From contig OZ244999.1 in assembly GCA_965223265.1 (NCBI GenBank), positions 6,240,001 through 6,304,000 of the forward strand: a stretch of 64,000 nucleotides of DNA, given 5' to 3'. A program made the translations under genes and the position numbers. Below the pieces are notes generated by a model. The model was not told where the DNA came from. It made no database searches and worked only from the letters and a program-made list of their open reading frames with translations. Below are positions 47,471-57,261 of this stretch, piece after piece. Source of the DNA: Planctomycetota bacterium (GTDB lineage: Bacteria > Planctomycetota > UBA8108 > SXIK01). The first letter of the stretch is position 1. Every line of letters starts with the position of its first letter.

Positions 47471-48076
47471 ATGGTCCCGAAGCTCTCCTGCCCCAATTGC
47501 AACTCGCCGCTGACTGCAGAACCCGCCCACTGCGACGTTTGTGGTTATCGCACCGAACAAGCGGCCGAGTTTCTGTGGCTTTACCTTGGGGGAGCGGTGA
47601 TCACGCTACTCGGCTTTGGCTTCGGCGTGATCGCGGTGCTCAGCGAAGGTGCCGGGCTCGATCATTGGAGTCGGGAACTCCGCGGCTGGTACCCACTCGG
47701 GCCTATCGCTGGCGAATCCAACTGGCTGGCGTTTCTGATCACGGGAATCGCGCTCACCGTCGGTGGCCTCGGAATCACCCGCCGGAAACTCTCCGCCTGG
47801 TGGCTGCTTGTGATCCTGACGCTCTATCAGTTGATTTGGCCGCTGCTGCAAACGACGCAATCCTCGGCGACAAGCCTCCTGGCAATGGTGCTGACGGTGG
47901 GCCACTTGGCGATCGGTGCGCTACTGTTACGGGCGGGCGCGGCGCTGCGCCGCCTCCCAGCTCGTTCCGCAGAGGTAATGCAGCACCAGGCGCGCCGACT
48001 GCAGGGAGGAGCGGAGGCGACTGGAAGAAACTCCAACGCTCAGGAAACACCAGCCCAAGCACCTCCAGACAACTGA
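47471..48076 (+). CDS. Membrane protein with N-terminal zinc ribbon
   Basis: CPNC...CDVCG followed by about four hydrophobic helices. Confidence 0.7.
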   Translation: MVPKLSCPNCNSPLTAEPAHCDVCGYRTEQAAEFLWLYLGGAVITLLGFGFGVIAVLSEGAGLDHWSRELRGWYPLGPIAGESNWLAFLITGIALTVGGLGITRRKLSAWWLLVILTLYQLIWPLLQTTQSSATSLLAMVLTVGHLAIGALLLRAGAALRRLPARSAEVMQHQARRLQGGAEATGRNSNAQETPAQAPPDN

Positions 48077-48246
48077 GAGATGCGCGAAAGATGCTAAAAA
48101 GACGTTCCAGACGCGCTTCTCGGCGACGAGAGCTCGCGACAAAACGCTGCACGCGACGCCGTCGCCGCCGCGTACTCGGTCCGTTCATGCACGCGCTACT
48201 CAAAAAGCTTGCATGCACGACCGTTGCCCACGAAACTTAGGCGCTG

Positions 48247-48492
48247 ATGGAAATCACCGTACTCTTCTTCGCACGAGCCCGCGAACTCGCTGCGACTGAC
48301 ACTGTGTCAATCGAGCTACCTGAGTCCGCGCACGTCTCCGATGCGATCGGCGTTCTCGGTCAGCGCTTTCCTGAGCTCGGTCCACTGCTGGGAAGTTGCC
48401 GCACCGCCGTCGATGAAGAGTTCGCCGCATGCGAGGCACCGCTTCGCGACGGATGTGTCCTTGCGATCATTCCGCCAGTGAGTGGAGGTTAA
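48247..48492 (+). CDS. moaD: Molybdopterin synthase sulfur carrier subunit
   Basis: ITVLFFARARE, AVDEEF, C-terminal IIPPVSGG. Confidence 0.92.
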   Translation: MEITVLFFARARELAATDTVSIELPESAHVSDAIGVLGQRFPELGPLLGSCRTAVDEEFAACEAPLRDGCVLAIIPPVSGG

Positions 48493-48653
48493 GACCCGTT
48501 GCGCGAGTCAGCCGGACGCCGAACCAAGCCGATCGCTTCGGACACGAACGCCGCTTCGTCTCGCGACTTTCATACACCGACGCGCTCAGCGATCGATCTC
48601 TCGGGTCGATCCCGAATGCTGATTTCACCGCGTCTCAGGAGCTGACGATCGCC

Positions 48654-49061
48654 GTGGCAACCTTGGTCCATAGCCAGATCGATTCCCAAGCGATCGCTGC
48701 CCGCGTCGCAGGCGCCGACGCCGGAGCCGTTCTGACGTTCAGCGGCGACGTTCGCAATCACCACATGGGACGCGAAGTCACGGCGATTGACTATCACGCC
48801 TACGAAGCGATGGCACTCAAGGAAATCCATCGAATCGAGGAGCAAGCGCGATCCGAATGGCCCAACTGCCGCATTGAAATCGTGCACCGGCTTGGGTTCT
48901 TGGAGCCCGGCGAGACGAGCGTCTTTATCGCCGTGGCCTCGCCACACCGCAAGGAAGGGTTTGCGGCGCTCAGGTTCGCGATCGATCAGCTCAAGGAAAC
49001 GGTGCCGATTTGGAAGAAGGAGATTTACCCGGACGGATACGCATGGATCGAAGGCTCATGA
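48654..49061 (+). CDS. moaE: Molybdopterin synthase catalytic subunit
   Basis: GAVLTFSGDVRNHH, YHAYEAMA, HRLG, ASPHR, LKETVPIWKKE. Confidence 0.93.
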   Translation: MATLVHSQIDSQAIAARVAGADAGAVLTFSGDVRNHHMGREVTAIDYHAYEAMALKEIHRIEEQARSEWPNCRIEIVHRLGFLEPGETSVFIAVASPHRKEGFAALRFAIDQLKETVPIWKKEIYPDGYAWIEGS

Positions 49062-49510
49062 ACTCTACACCAAACGGAGGATGGATGTTGGCATCGCATC
49101 AGATTGGTCATCGCCATTGGAGAAAGTGGCCCCTTTGCCTCCTCGCGCTCTTTCTGCTGCCGAGCTGCGCGATTCTCGGACGACAACAAATCGATCAACG
49201 GCTCTCTACTGACGCGGTCAGTCAGGTCAAAAAAGGAATGACCAAAGAGGAGGTCGTCACCACTCTGGGAGCACCGCAGGAGATCATCTTCAGCAACAAA
49301 GATCATGATCCGTTACGGGAGCACGCATACGTCTACGAACATCAAACAACGCTCTACACGGCGATTTCCTTGGCGATCCTGACGTTCGGCAACATGGATC
49401 AAAAGAAGGATCGTGTCGTCGTTTTCTTCGGTGACGACGAAACTGTCTCGTTCGTGGGTGCCAGCCTCCACGCTCAAAACGCCGCCTACGGATTTCCGTT
49501 TGGCCGATGA
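49058..49510 (+). CDS. BamE/SmpA-like lipoprotein
   Basis: Lipobox LLPSC; VKKGMTKEEV...LGAP; VVFF..D..V; start 49058 or 49085. Confidence 0.7.
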   Translation: MNSTPNGGWMLASHQIGHRHWRKWPLCLLALFLLPSCAILGRQQIDQRLSTDAVSQVKKGMTKEEVVTTLGAPQEIIFSNKDHDPLREHAYVYEHQTTLYTAISLAILTFGNMDQKKDRVVVFFGDDETVSFVGASLHAQNAAYGFPFGR

Positions 49511-50619
49511 GAGGCGTGCCTTCACAGCGCCGACGCGAACATGGCGCCCCCAAAGCGAAGAGATTCCAAGCTAGCGCACAATGCCACTGGCGCCTGGCGG
49601 TGATTTTGAGTGCCAGTGCGTTCATCGCCGGCTGCCGAATCGACGTGCTGAGAGTGCGCACTGGCACTCCGATCGCCCAGAAGGAATTCGATGAACTCAA
49701 AACGGGCGAGACAACACTGGAGGAGAGCCTCGAGAAACTCGGCGCGCCCGACAGAGTCGACATTGAACCTGGCGATGATTTCCTCTGGTACGAGTACGGT
49801 GATCGACTCGACGTCGGAATCCGTTTTCGATTGCCAACACCGATTCCCTTCTATCAGCACAACTTCGTTCGACTCAACGAGATCTCCCAGGATCTCAACG
49901 CGATCCAACTCATCTTCGACGACGATGGAGTCTTGAAGGAAAAGAGTGTCCGCGTTTCGCCCGCGTACTCAGATGGCGCGAGCACGGGGCGCGGTTGGAA
50001 GCTCCACGTGATACCGCGCTTCTCACATTCGGTTCTCACTCTGGGAGACGCCGGCGTCGATGACTACGATGAACTCTTCGACGACGGCTTTCGAGCAGGA
50101 CTCGACCTCGGGTTCCAACCTGTGCCCGTGCTCAAGCTACTCGTCGGCGGGAGCTTTCAAGAGCATCAAGGTCGCACACGGATCTTAGGCGGCAATCGAG
50201 TGGCCTTCGACGACCTGCAGATGGTCGACGTCCACGCCGGCGTCCGCATGGCCGCGCCGGTCCAAGTATTCACCGCGTTCACCGACTTCGACTACGTCAA
50301 ACGGCTACTCTTCGATGAGAAGCTGAATCAACCGCAAGGCTTTCGCATCTACCTCGAGGGCACCACGGGTGCGACGTTTAGCTTCAACACCCCTGTCGCG
50401 ATCAACGGCGTGCGCGCTGGAAATTTCTACGACAATTCTGTCCAGACCTCTAGCACGGTGGGCCTCGGATTCGAATATGGCTGGAACTGGGGACTCGTCT
50501 ACCTGGGCGGTTCGTATCAGACGATCGACGCATTCGACGAGGGCAGCTCGCCCATCGATGACGACGCCGGCGGCTGGCAAGCGATCTTCGTCACCGGTGG
50601 ACTGGATTTGCGCTTCTGA
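49507..50619 (+). CDS. Lipoprotein with BamE-like domain fused to a putative outer-membrane beta-barrel
   Basis: Lipobox FIAGC; LKTGETTLEE.LEKLGAPD...WYEY...LIFDDDGVL; amphipathic strands ending GGLDLRF. Confidence 0.6.
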   Translation: MRGVPSQRRREHGAPKAKRFQASAQCHWRLAVILSASAFIAGCRIDVLRVRTGTPIAQKEFDELKTGETTLEESLEKLGAPDRVDIEPGDDFLWYEYGDRLDVGIRFRLPTPIPFYQHNFVRLNEISQDLNAIQLIFDDDGVLKEKSVRVSPAYSDGASTGRGWKLHVIPRFSHSVLTLGDAGVDDYDELFDDGFRAGLDLGFQPVPVLKLLVGGSFQEHQGRTRILGGNRVAFDDLQMVDVHAGVRMAAPVQVFTAFTDFDYVKRLLFDEKLNQPQGFRIYLEGTTGATFSFNTPVAINGVRAGNFYDNSVQTSSTVGLGFEYGWNWGLVYLGGSYQTIDAFDEGSSPIDDDAGGWQAIFVTGGLDLRF

Positions 50620-50665
50620 CTGGACGCTTTTGACGTAGCAGCTCGCGGTTGAGAGGCGAACGACT

Positions 50666-51358
50666 CTACGGCCTTTCAAGCACCCATAGAGAGAGGTCGG
50701 ACAAAGCGGTGGAGTGCAGTAAATACGTCACCTGCTGATCGATCGCCCGATCAATGGTCCCGCGCAGCAAGTCGTCGAGGCTCTTTGGCGTTTGTGTCGC
50801 GTTTCGTGCCACGTAACCCCACATGTGTTCAAGGGCGTTACGAAGACGACCCGTCGTCGGCGGTTGCCGCAGGATCAAGGACAATTCTGTCGTCAGATCG
50901 TCGAATCCAGGACCTCTGTTCAGTCTCGCCACCTTCCGGCCAATCGTGCGATACAGATTGGGATCCCGCGCCAGGACCGAATACTTGTGTTGTGCCCACA
51001 GCACATCCGCACGCCCCGGGAGCGGGATACGGCCGTGCTCACGATCAGTGTATTTCCGCCGTAGGATCCGAAACTGCTCCGACGGGCTGTCGACGAATTT
51101 GTCAGGCCAGCGGCCCGGTCGGCCCCGGTGTGTCACCGGGGATTGATGTCGATACCCGCGTAGTTTCATCTCGGCAACGATGGCGTCGTGTCTCCTCCTC
51201 GCTGCCCAAAGATGCCCCATCCACCGAACCGTCTCCGGGTGCCGCGAGTATCCCCGCTTCCGGTTCGCAAGAACCGAAATCATGCCGTGGATCTCGCGAT
51301 GTTCTCCGAGGAGACTCTGGCGGTTTAGGTAACCGGGATGGACGTCCCAGACTCTCAT
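50666..51358 (-). CDS. Pyrimidine-dimer DNA glycosylase (T4 endonuclease V-like) fused to DUF1722
   Basis: MRVWDVHPGYLNRQSLLGEHREIH, GYSRHPET.RW, EMKLRGY; C-terminal NALEHMWGY and YLLHST. Confidence 0.8.
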   Translation of the reverse strand: MRVWDVHPGYLNRQSLLGEHREIHGMISVLANRKRGYSRHPETVRWMGHLWAARRRHDAIVAEMKLRGYRHQSPVTHRGRPGRWPDKFVDSPSEQFRILRRKYTDREHGRIPLPGRADVLWAQHKYSVLARDPNLYRTIGRKVARLNRGPGFDDLTTELSLILRQPPTTGRLRNALEHMWGYVARNATQTPKSLDDLLRGTIDRAIDQQVTYLLHSTALSDLSLWVLERP

Positions 51359-51424
51359 GACACGACTCTCTGCGGGAAAAGTCTACACCGGTGAGCTACC
51401 GGAACGCGCGTCGAGGTACTCAGT

Positions 51425-53146
51425 TCAGCCGCGACGTCGGAAACGCTGCACGATCGGAAAGCGTCGGCCCGGGCCGAACGCCTTTGTCGTGATCCGTAAA
51501 CCCGGTGCTGCCTGTTTTCGCTTGTATTCGTTGCGATCGACCATACCAACGACGTCCGCGACGACCTCGGGATCGTATCCGCGCGCGACAAGCTGAGGTA
51601 CACCCTCGCCAAGCTCGACGTACCCTTCCAAGATGGCATCGAGGATGTCATAGGGTGGTAAACTGTCTTCATCCTTTTGGCCGGGACTCAGCTCAGCAGA
51701 AGGCGGTTTGTCGATGGTGTTCTGCGGAATCACTTCTCGGTCTCGATTGAGCCAGCGGGCGACACGGTAAACTAGCGACTTCGGGACATCTGAGATGACC
51801 GCAAGACCGCCCGACATATCGCCGTAGAGTGTGCAATAGCCCACCGCAAGCTCGCTCTTGTTGCCCGTCGTGAGTAAGAGCGCGTTGAATTTGTTCGAGA
51901 GCGCCATCAAGACCATACCGCGTGCCCGCGCTTGGAGGTTCTCTTCTGTGACGTCGGCATCGCGATCGCCGAAAACCGGTGCCAAACTTTCCAGAGCACT
52001 TTGAAAGATCGCCTCGATCGAGATGACGTGAAGCTCGATGCCAAGGTTTTGCGCCAGGACCTCGGCATCGCGGCGGCTGCCCGCCGACGAGTATCGCGAC
52101 GGCATAGCCACGCCAACGACGCTTTCTTTGCCGACAGCCGAAACGGCAATCGCCGCAGTGAGAGCTGAGTCGATCCCACCGCTTAAGCCGACCACGGCGC
52201 GCTGAAAGCCGCTCTTGTGCAGGTAGTCGTGCGTGCCTAGGACCAAGGCGCGGTAGACCTGTTCGGCCTCCGTGTCCCCAGCACTCTGGCCGGTGCCCAT
52301 GCCCTCGGCCTCCCTAGGCGCAGCGTCAGCAGAGGGAATCGTCGCCTCACGGCGCGAGGCGGGAGCGCTTCGGTCACTCGGATCAACCTCAAGGACAACG
52401 AAAGCCTCTTCAAAGCTCACGGCTTCGGCGAGCACGTTGCCGGAGGCGTCCAAGGCGAAGCTCGCCCCGTCGAACACCAGCGTCGTATTGCCGCCGACAA
52501 GGTTCGTGTAGACGACAGGAATCTCGATCCGGCGCACGGTCGCCTCGATCATCTCGCGGCGGAAGGCGCCGCGTCCAATGCTGAACGGCGAGGCAGCGAT
52601 ACCGACGAGCAACTGTGCCCCCTTCGCCGCCAACGTTTCGATGGGGTCTACGGTGTATCGCCGCCGAGCCCAGAAGAGCGGGTCGTTCCAGAAATCCTCG
52701 CAGATACCGATCCCGAGCTTGACGCCACGAAAATCGAACACCTCTTGACTCGCTGCGCCCCGAAAGTAGCGCCCTTCGTCGAAGACATCGTACGTCGGCA
52801 AGAGCGTCTTGTGCTGCGCGCCGACGATCTGTCCGTCGTCGATGAGTACGGCACTGTTGTAGATGGGGTTTCCGTCGCCGCTCGTTGCCCGAGTCAGCGT
52901 CCCCACGACCAGACCGAGCCCCGAGCTCGCTGCTACGAGATCGGTCAGCGCGTGCTCCGCTGCTTCGAGAAAATCTTCGCGCTCCAGCAAATCTTCGGCG
53001 GGATAGCCCGGCAGAGTCTGCTCCGGAAACACGACCAGGTCGACACCGAGGTCCCGAGCGCGAGCCAACGCGGCTCGCGCCTTCTCCAGATTACCGGGAA
53101 AATCCCCGACCGTCGTGTTGACCTGCGCCAATGCAACCTTCATCAC
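51425..53146 (-). CDS. nadE: Glutamine-dependent NAD+ synthetase
   Basis: Nitrilase domain (FPE, KTLLPTYDVFDE, ICEDFW) plus GLSGGIDS, ENLQAR, TGNKSE, YCTLYGD, PPSAEL. Confidence 0.96.
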   Translation of the reverse strand: MMKVALAQVNTTVGDFPGNLEKARAALARARDLGVDLVVFPEQTLPGYPAEDLLEREDFLEAAEHALTDLVAASSGLGLVVGTLTRATSGDGNPIYNSAVLIDDGQIVGAQHKTLLPTYDVFDEGRYFRGAASQEVFDFRGVKLGIGICEDFWNDPLFWARRRYTVDPIETLAAKGAQLLVGIAASPFSIGRGAFRREMIEATVRRIEIPVVYTNLVGGNTTLVFDGASFALDASGNVLAEAVSFEEAFVVLEVDPSDRSAPASRREATIPSADAAPREAEGMGTGQSAGDTEAEQVYRALVLGTHDYLHKSGFQRAVVGLSGGIDSALTAAIAVSAVGKESVVGVAMPSRYSSAGSRRDAEVLAQNLGIELHVISIEAIFQSALESLAPVFGDRDADVTEENLQARARGMVLMALSNKFNALLLTTGNKSELAVGYCTLYGDMSGGLAVISDVPKSLVYRVARWLNRDREVIPQNTIDKPPSAELSPGQKDEDSLPPYDILDAILEGYVELGEGVPQLVARGYDPEVVADVVGMVDRNEYKRKQAAPGLRITTKAFGPGRRFPIVQRFRRRG

Positions 53147-53237
53147 GAAAGTCCCCTCGCGCGTGCAAAGAAGTCGCGCGGCGAGACGCGGCAGTCGATG
53201 ACAACGCAGTGACCACCCGTGGCGCCCAGCCGCGACA

Positions 53238-54572
53238 TCAGGACGCCTCGAACAGTCCGCGATGCAAAGCGATGACGGCGTCGCGGACGCGATCTTTAGC
53301 GATGACGAAGCTCAGATTGTTCCGTGTCGCGCCGAAAGAAATCATGTCGATCCGCACGCCCAGATCCGCCACGATTTGGAAAATCTTGGCGGCAAAGTCG
53401 ACGTCAGCGGAGATCTGCTCGCCAACGATACTGATCTGTGACATGTCTCGCTGCACGGACACTTCACCAATCTTGCGCAAGTCGCTGACAACCGGGTCCA
53501 GTAGTGCACGGGAATCGGTCGTCATCGACACACTCACTTCGCTCGTCGCGATCATATCGATCACGACCTCATGCTGCGCAAAGATATCGGCGATACGGTC
53601 CATGAAGCCGTATTGCAGCAACATTGGTGGCGCGACGATGCTGACAATGCAGACCTCGTCCTTGCTGGCGATCGACTTGACCTTTCGTCGTCCGGCCGAA
53701 GTTTTCGGCTCCGGGACAATCACTGTTCCCTGAAAGTCAGGACGATAGCTGTTCAGAATCCGAAGCGGGATGTTCTTACGAACTGCTGGGATGATCGTCG
53801 CCGGGTGGATGACCTTCGCCCCATAGAACGCCAACTCGGCAGCTTCTGCAAACGACAGCTCTTCGAGAAAGCGCGCTTCCTTGACGATCCTCGGATCCAC
53901 CGTCATGACGCCGTCGACATCCGTCCAGATCTGAATCTCCTCGGCATCCAGCGCGGCACCGAAAATCGCCGCGGAATAGTCGCTGCCTCCCCGACCCAGC
54001 GTCGTGATGTTGCCGTTCTCGTCCTTGCCGATATAACCCGTGATCACAGGCACGCCCTGGACCTTCGCCAGCGCTTCTCGAATGTTGTCGTCAGCGTCGG
54101 GAAGTGGACGCGCCGCTCCGAAACGACCGTCCGTGATCAGTCCTATGTCGAATGCATCGAGAGCCTGTGCGGGGATGCCGCGACTCTCAAGGTGTGCCGC
54201 CAGAATGCGAACTGCAAGCCGTTCACCGAAGCTGACGAAGTAGTCCTTAGTGCGCGGGGTGCACTCGCGAATGAGGCGAATCCCTTGCACCAGCTCATGG
54301 AGCTCGTTCAGCAGCTCCGTGACTAAACCCTGCTCGAGGCCAAGCTCCTCGATGATCTTCTCGTGCGCGGCAGCTAAAGCGTCGAACTCGGCTTGCCACT
54401 CAGCCTGCTCCAGAGCCAGATCGACGACTTTGAAGAGACGGTTCGTGATGCCGCCCACAGCCGAAGAGACCACGACCGGGCGTCGCTCGAGACAAGATTC
54501 GATGATGCCACCGACGCGACGCATCTGCTCCGCACCGCCGACCGAAGTACCTCCAAACTTGAGGACGATCAC
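53238..54572 (-). CDS. lysC: Aspartate kinase
   Basis: VLKFGGTSV, SFGERL, TTLGRGGSDYSA, WTDVDG, GAKVIHP, ACT domains. Confidence 0.95.
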   Translation of the reverse strand: MIVLKFGGTSVGGAEQMRRVGGIIESCLERRPVVVSSAVGGITNRLFKVVDLALEQAEWQAEFDALAAAHEKIIEELGLEQGLVTELLNELHELVQGIRLIRECTPRTKDYFVSFGERLAVRILAAHLESRGIPAQALDAFDIGLITDGRFGAARPLPDADDNIREALAKVQGVPVITGYIGKDENGNITTLGRGGSDYSAAIFGAALDAEEIQIWTDVDGVMTVDPRIVKEARFLEELSFAEAAELAFYGAKVIHPATIIPAVRKNIPLRILNSYRPDFQGTVIVPEPKTSAGRRKVKSIASKDEVCIVSIVAPPMLLQYGFMDRIADIFAQHEVVIDMIATSEVSVSMTTDSRALLDPVVSDLRKIGEVSVQRDMSQISIVGEQISADVDFAAKIFQIVADLGVRIDMISFGATRNNLSFVIAKDRVRDAVIALHRGLFEAS

Positions 54573-54687
54573 AGAGTCGTCTCCTATCTTTTCTCCTATT
54601 CAACGGCGAAAAAACCAAGCCGCGATCGTATCACGATTTGTCGTGAAGAAAAGAGACTTCCAGCGTAACCAGTGCCGCGGAGCGTCT

Positions 54688-55773
54688 TCAGCTGAGAGGG
54701 ACCGGCAGGTCAACAACCTCGACCGCGACGGCACGGTCGCCCACGGCGATGTCGAATTGCTGCCGGTCGAAGAACTTGCGCAAGACGCTCGCCAGCGCAA
54801 TGCGGCGACCGAGTCGCGGCGAAGTGACGACGGACGTCACGACGCCGGCGTCGGCGCCATCCGAGCATAAAGGCGCACCAACCGCAATCGGAGCGTCCGG
54901 CGGGGCGATCAAACCGCGCAGCTTCCGGCTCACCTGTCCATAGGTACGCATGCGCGCAACGACTTCTTGGCCGACGTAGCACTTGTCGTACGTTAGCGCG
55001 TCGTCCCACCCAAACTCAGTAGGGAACGACGTGTCGTCGTAGTCGATGCCGTGGCGAGCCACGCCTGCTTCGACACGGAGGATTTCGGCAGCGTCAAATC
55101 CGACCGCACTCCCGCCGGCGGCTTTCACGGCCTCATGGAGGTGCGACCAGACGTCCTCGGCAGCGTCAAGCGGAGCGCGCAGCACGTAACCACCTTCCGG
55201 AGTCTCGCCGCCGCGAAACAGACGACATTGGGTGGGTCCGACGTCGATAGCCGTGAACTCAGGCGCGACGACAGAAGCAGCGGCGTCTCCACCCAGCCTC
55301 GCAACCACCGACTCTGGGTGCGGACCTTGGACAGCGAACGTGGCGTAGTCGCTTGAACAATCGTGCACCTCCACGTCACTCAGAAGGACATACTTGGAGA
55401 GAGCGACGACAAAAGGCTCGCGACTTGGCTCGGCGAGCAGTAGCGAGAAGCACTCCGCTTCATCGTGAAAGAGCTCGAATGCGCCGACGACCCGCCCCTT
55501 CGGTGTCAGAAGACAGCTGCGCTGAAGCTGCCCCACGGCCAGCCCCTTCACGTCGCTCGAAAGCACTGCATGCAAGGCGTCGACGACGCGCTCACCTCTC
55601 AGCGTCAGCACGCCACGATAACTCTGATCGACGAGCCCGACCGACTCGATCACAGCTCGAACCTCACGCTCTGCGGCGCCGTAGTGTCGTGGCAAGCGGC
55701 AACCACTCACCTCAGCAAACTCTGTGGCACCAAGCCGGCGGTGTGTACTCTCTAAGGGCAGCTGTCGCGTCAT
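54688..55773 (-). CDS. YgfZ/GcvT-family folate-binding protein
   Basis: GLVDQSYRG, LLTPKGR, VQGP, LRVEAG, KCYVGQEVVARM. Confidence 0.88.
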   Translation of the reverse strand: MTRQLPLESTHRRLGATEFAEVSGCRLPRHYGAAEREVRAVIESVGLVDQSYRGVLTLRGERVVDALHAVLSSDVKGLAVGQLQRSCLLTPKGRVVGAFELFHDEAECFSLLLAEPSREPFVVALSKYVLLSDVEVHDCSSDYATFAVQGPHPESVVARLGGDAAASVVAPEFTAIDVGPTQCRLFRGGETPEGGYVLRAPLDAAEDVWSHLHEAVKAAGGSAVGFDAAEILRVEAGVARHGIDYDDTSFPTEFGWDDALTYDKCYVGQEVVARMRTYGQVSRKLRGLIAPPDAPIAVGAPLCSDGADAGVVTSVVTSPRLGRRIALASVLRKFFDRQQFDIAVGDRAVAVEVVDLPVPLS

Positions 55774-55841
55774 GTCCGGTTCACATCTCCTTCACCTGCC
55801 GCGATGCGTTCATACGCAGCGCACGACCCGGTCTGCGCTTC

Positions 55842-57080
55842 CTACTGGTTCACAGCGCCAGCACCAGCTGTCGGCCGCTCGAGGCGCCCATACGCACCAT
55901 TTCGCAGGCAAGGGACGAAACCAGCCTCATCGATCGTGCGCCGCAGCACGTCCGCGGTTGCCTCGTTCTCGGCGCCAGCTGGGCGAATCACGTTTTCTTC
56001 GATCATCGTGCTGCCCAGGTCGTTCGCCCCAGCTCTCAGCCCGCGCTTTCCGACGTCGATCCCCTGCGTCAGCCAGGAGACCTGTAGATTCGAAACGTTG
56101 TCGAGGAAAAGACGAGAAACCGCCAACCAGAGCAGGTACTCCTCCGCGTCGACGCGATCGGAAACCACACGCCCGAGCGGTGTGTTGTCGGGTTGAAAGT
56201 TCCACGGAATGAAGGAGACAAACCCGCCGGTCCGGTCCTGGAGCGAACGAATCTTCTCGAGATGCTGCAGGCGGTGAATCAATCGCTCGCCATGCCCAAA
56301 CATCATCGTTGCCGTCGTCGCTAAGCCGACTTCATGGGCAACCTCCATGATCTCAAGCCACTCCAGCGAGTTCACCTTAGACCGTCGTTTACGCCTCACC
56401 TCATCAACGAGGATCTCTCCGCCACCGCCCGGCATGGAATCGAGACCAGCGCTCTTGAGCTCAAGCAGAACCTCCCGTGCGGAGAGGCCTGTTATCTCGC
56501 TGAGGCCATGGATCTCCGTCGGCGAAAAGCAGTGGAGATGGATGGTGTAACGCGATTTCAGCTGCTGCAGGAGCGTCGTGTACCACGCAAGCGGCAGATC
56601 AGGGTGGAGTCCGCCCTGGAGTAGAATTCCACTGCCCCCAAGCTCGATCGTCTCTTCGACTTTGCGAAAGATCTCGTCGTGCGTCAGGACGTAGCCGCCG
56701 TTCTCTCCGGGACTGCGATAGAAAGCGCAAAAATTACAGATCGAGGTGCAGACGTTCGTGTAGTTGATGTTGCGGTCGATGATGTAAGTGACGACGCCAT
56801 CGGGGTGAAGCTGCGCGCGGAAACGATCGGCGAGCTCGCCGAGCTCCTCGCGTTCAAGCGCCAAGTTGAGGCGATCCGGATGTTCCGAGGCGTCAACGTG
56901 GTCGCGCGGGTGAGCAGCGTTCTCAACACCGAGAAGCAGAGCCCACTCGCTGTAAGTCAAACGACAGCCAGGCGAAGCTCGCAGCCGCGCGGCAATTGTG
57001 GCCGGGGCCCCGGCGTCGCCGCGGCACTCTTTGAAAGCTTCCCCGGACGAGATCTCCGGTGTGACGGGGCGCTTCTGCAT
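55842..57080 (-). CDS. mqnC: Cyclic dehypoxanthine futalosine synthase (radical SAM)
   Basis: [66 protein letters not shown]. Confidence 0.9.
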   Translation of the reverse strand: MQKRPVTPEISSGEAFKECRGDAGAPATIAARLRASPGCRLTYSEWALLLGVENAAHPRDHVDASEHPDRLNLALEREELGELADRFRAQLHPDGVVTYIIDRNINYTNVCTSICNFCAFYRSPGENGGYVLTHDEIFRKVEETIELGGSGILLQGGLHPDLPLAWYTTLLQQLKSRYTIHLHCFSPTEIHGLSEITGLSAREVLLELKSAGLDSMPGGGGEILVDEVRRKRRSKVNSLEWLEIMEVAHEVGLATTATMMFGHGERLIHRLQHLEKIRSLQDRTGGFVSFIPWNFQPDNTPLGRVVSDRVDAEEYLLWLAVSRLFLDNVSNLQVSWLTQGIDVGKRGLRAGANDLGSTMIEENVIRPAGAENEATADVLRRTIDEAGFVPCLRNGAYGRLERPTAGAGAVNQ

Positions 57081-57261
57081 GCGGATTCTCCGTGCGTACA
57101 GCCGTTGACATCCACCCCGCTCAAGTTCGGCATTCTACCGAACTCGTCGGCTGTGACAAGTAACCGCATGCGCCGTACGTCAGTTCACGAGCTTTCACCG
57201 CACCCACGCACGCCGCGACGCCCTGCCGGCCGTGAAGCGGCGCGCCGCTCACTGCTGCACC

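Noticed and set aside
48077-48653. Moco riboswitch or MITE around moaD (161-bp moaD-moaE gap)
   Set aside because: No recognisable consensus; inverted-repeat similarity is too poor to support a call
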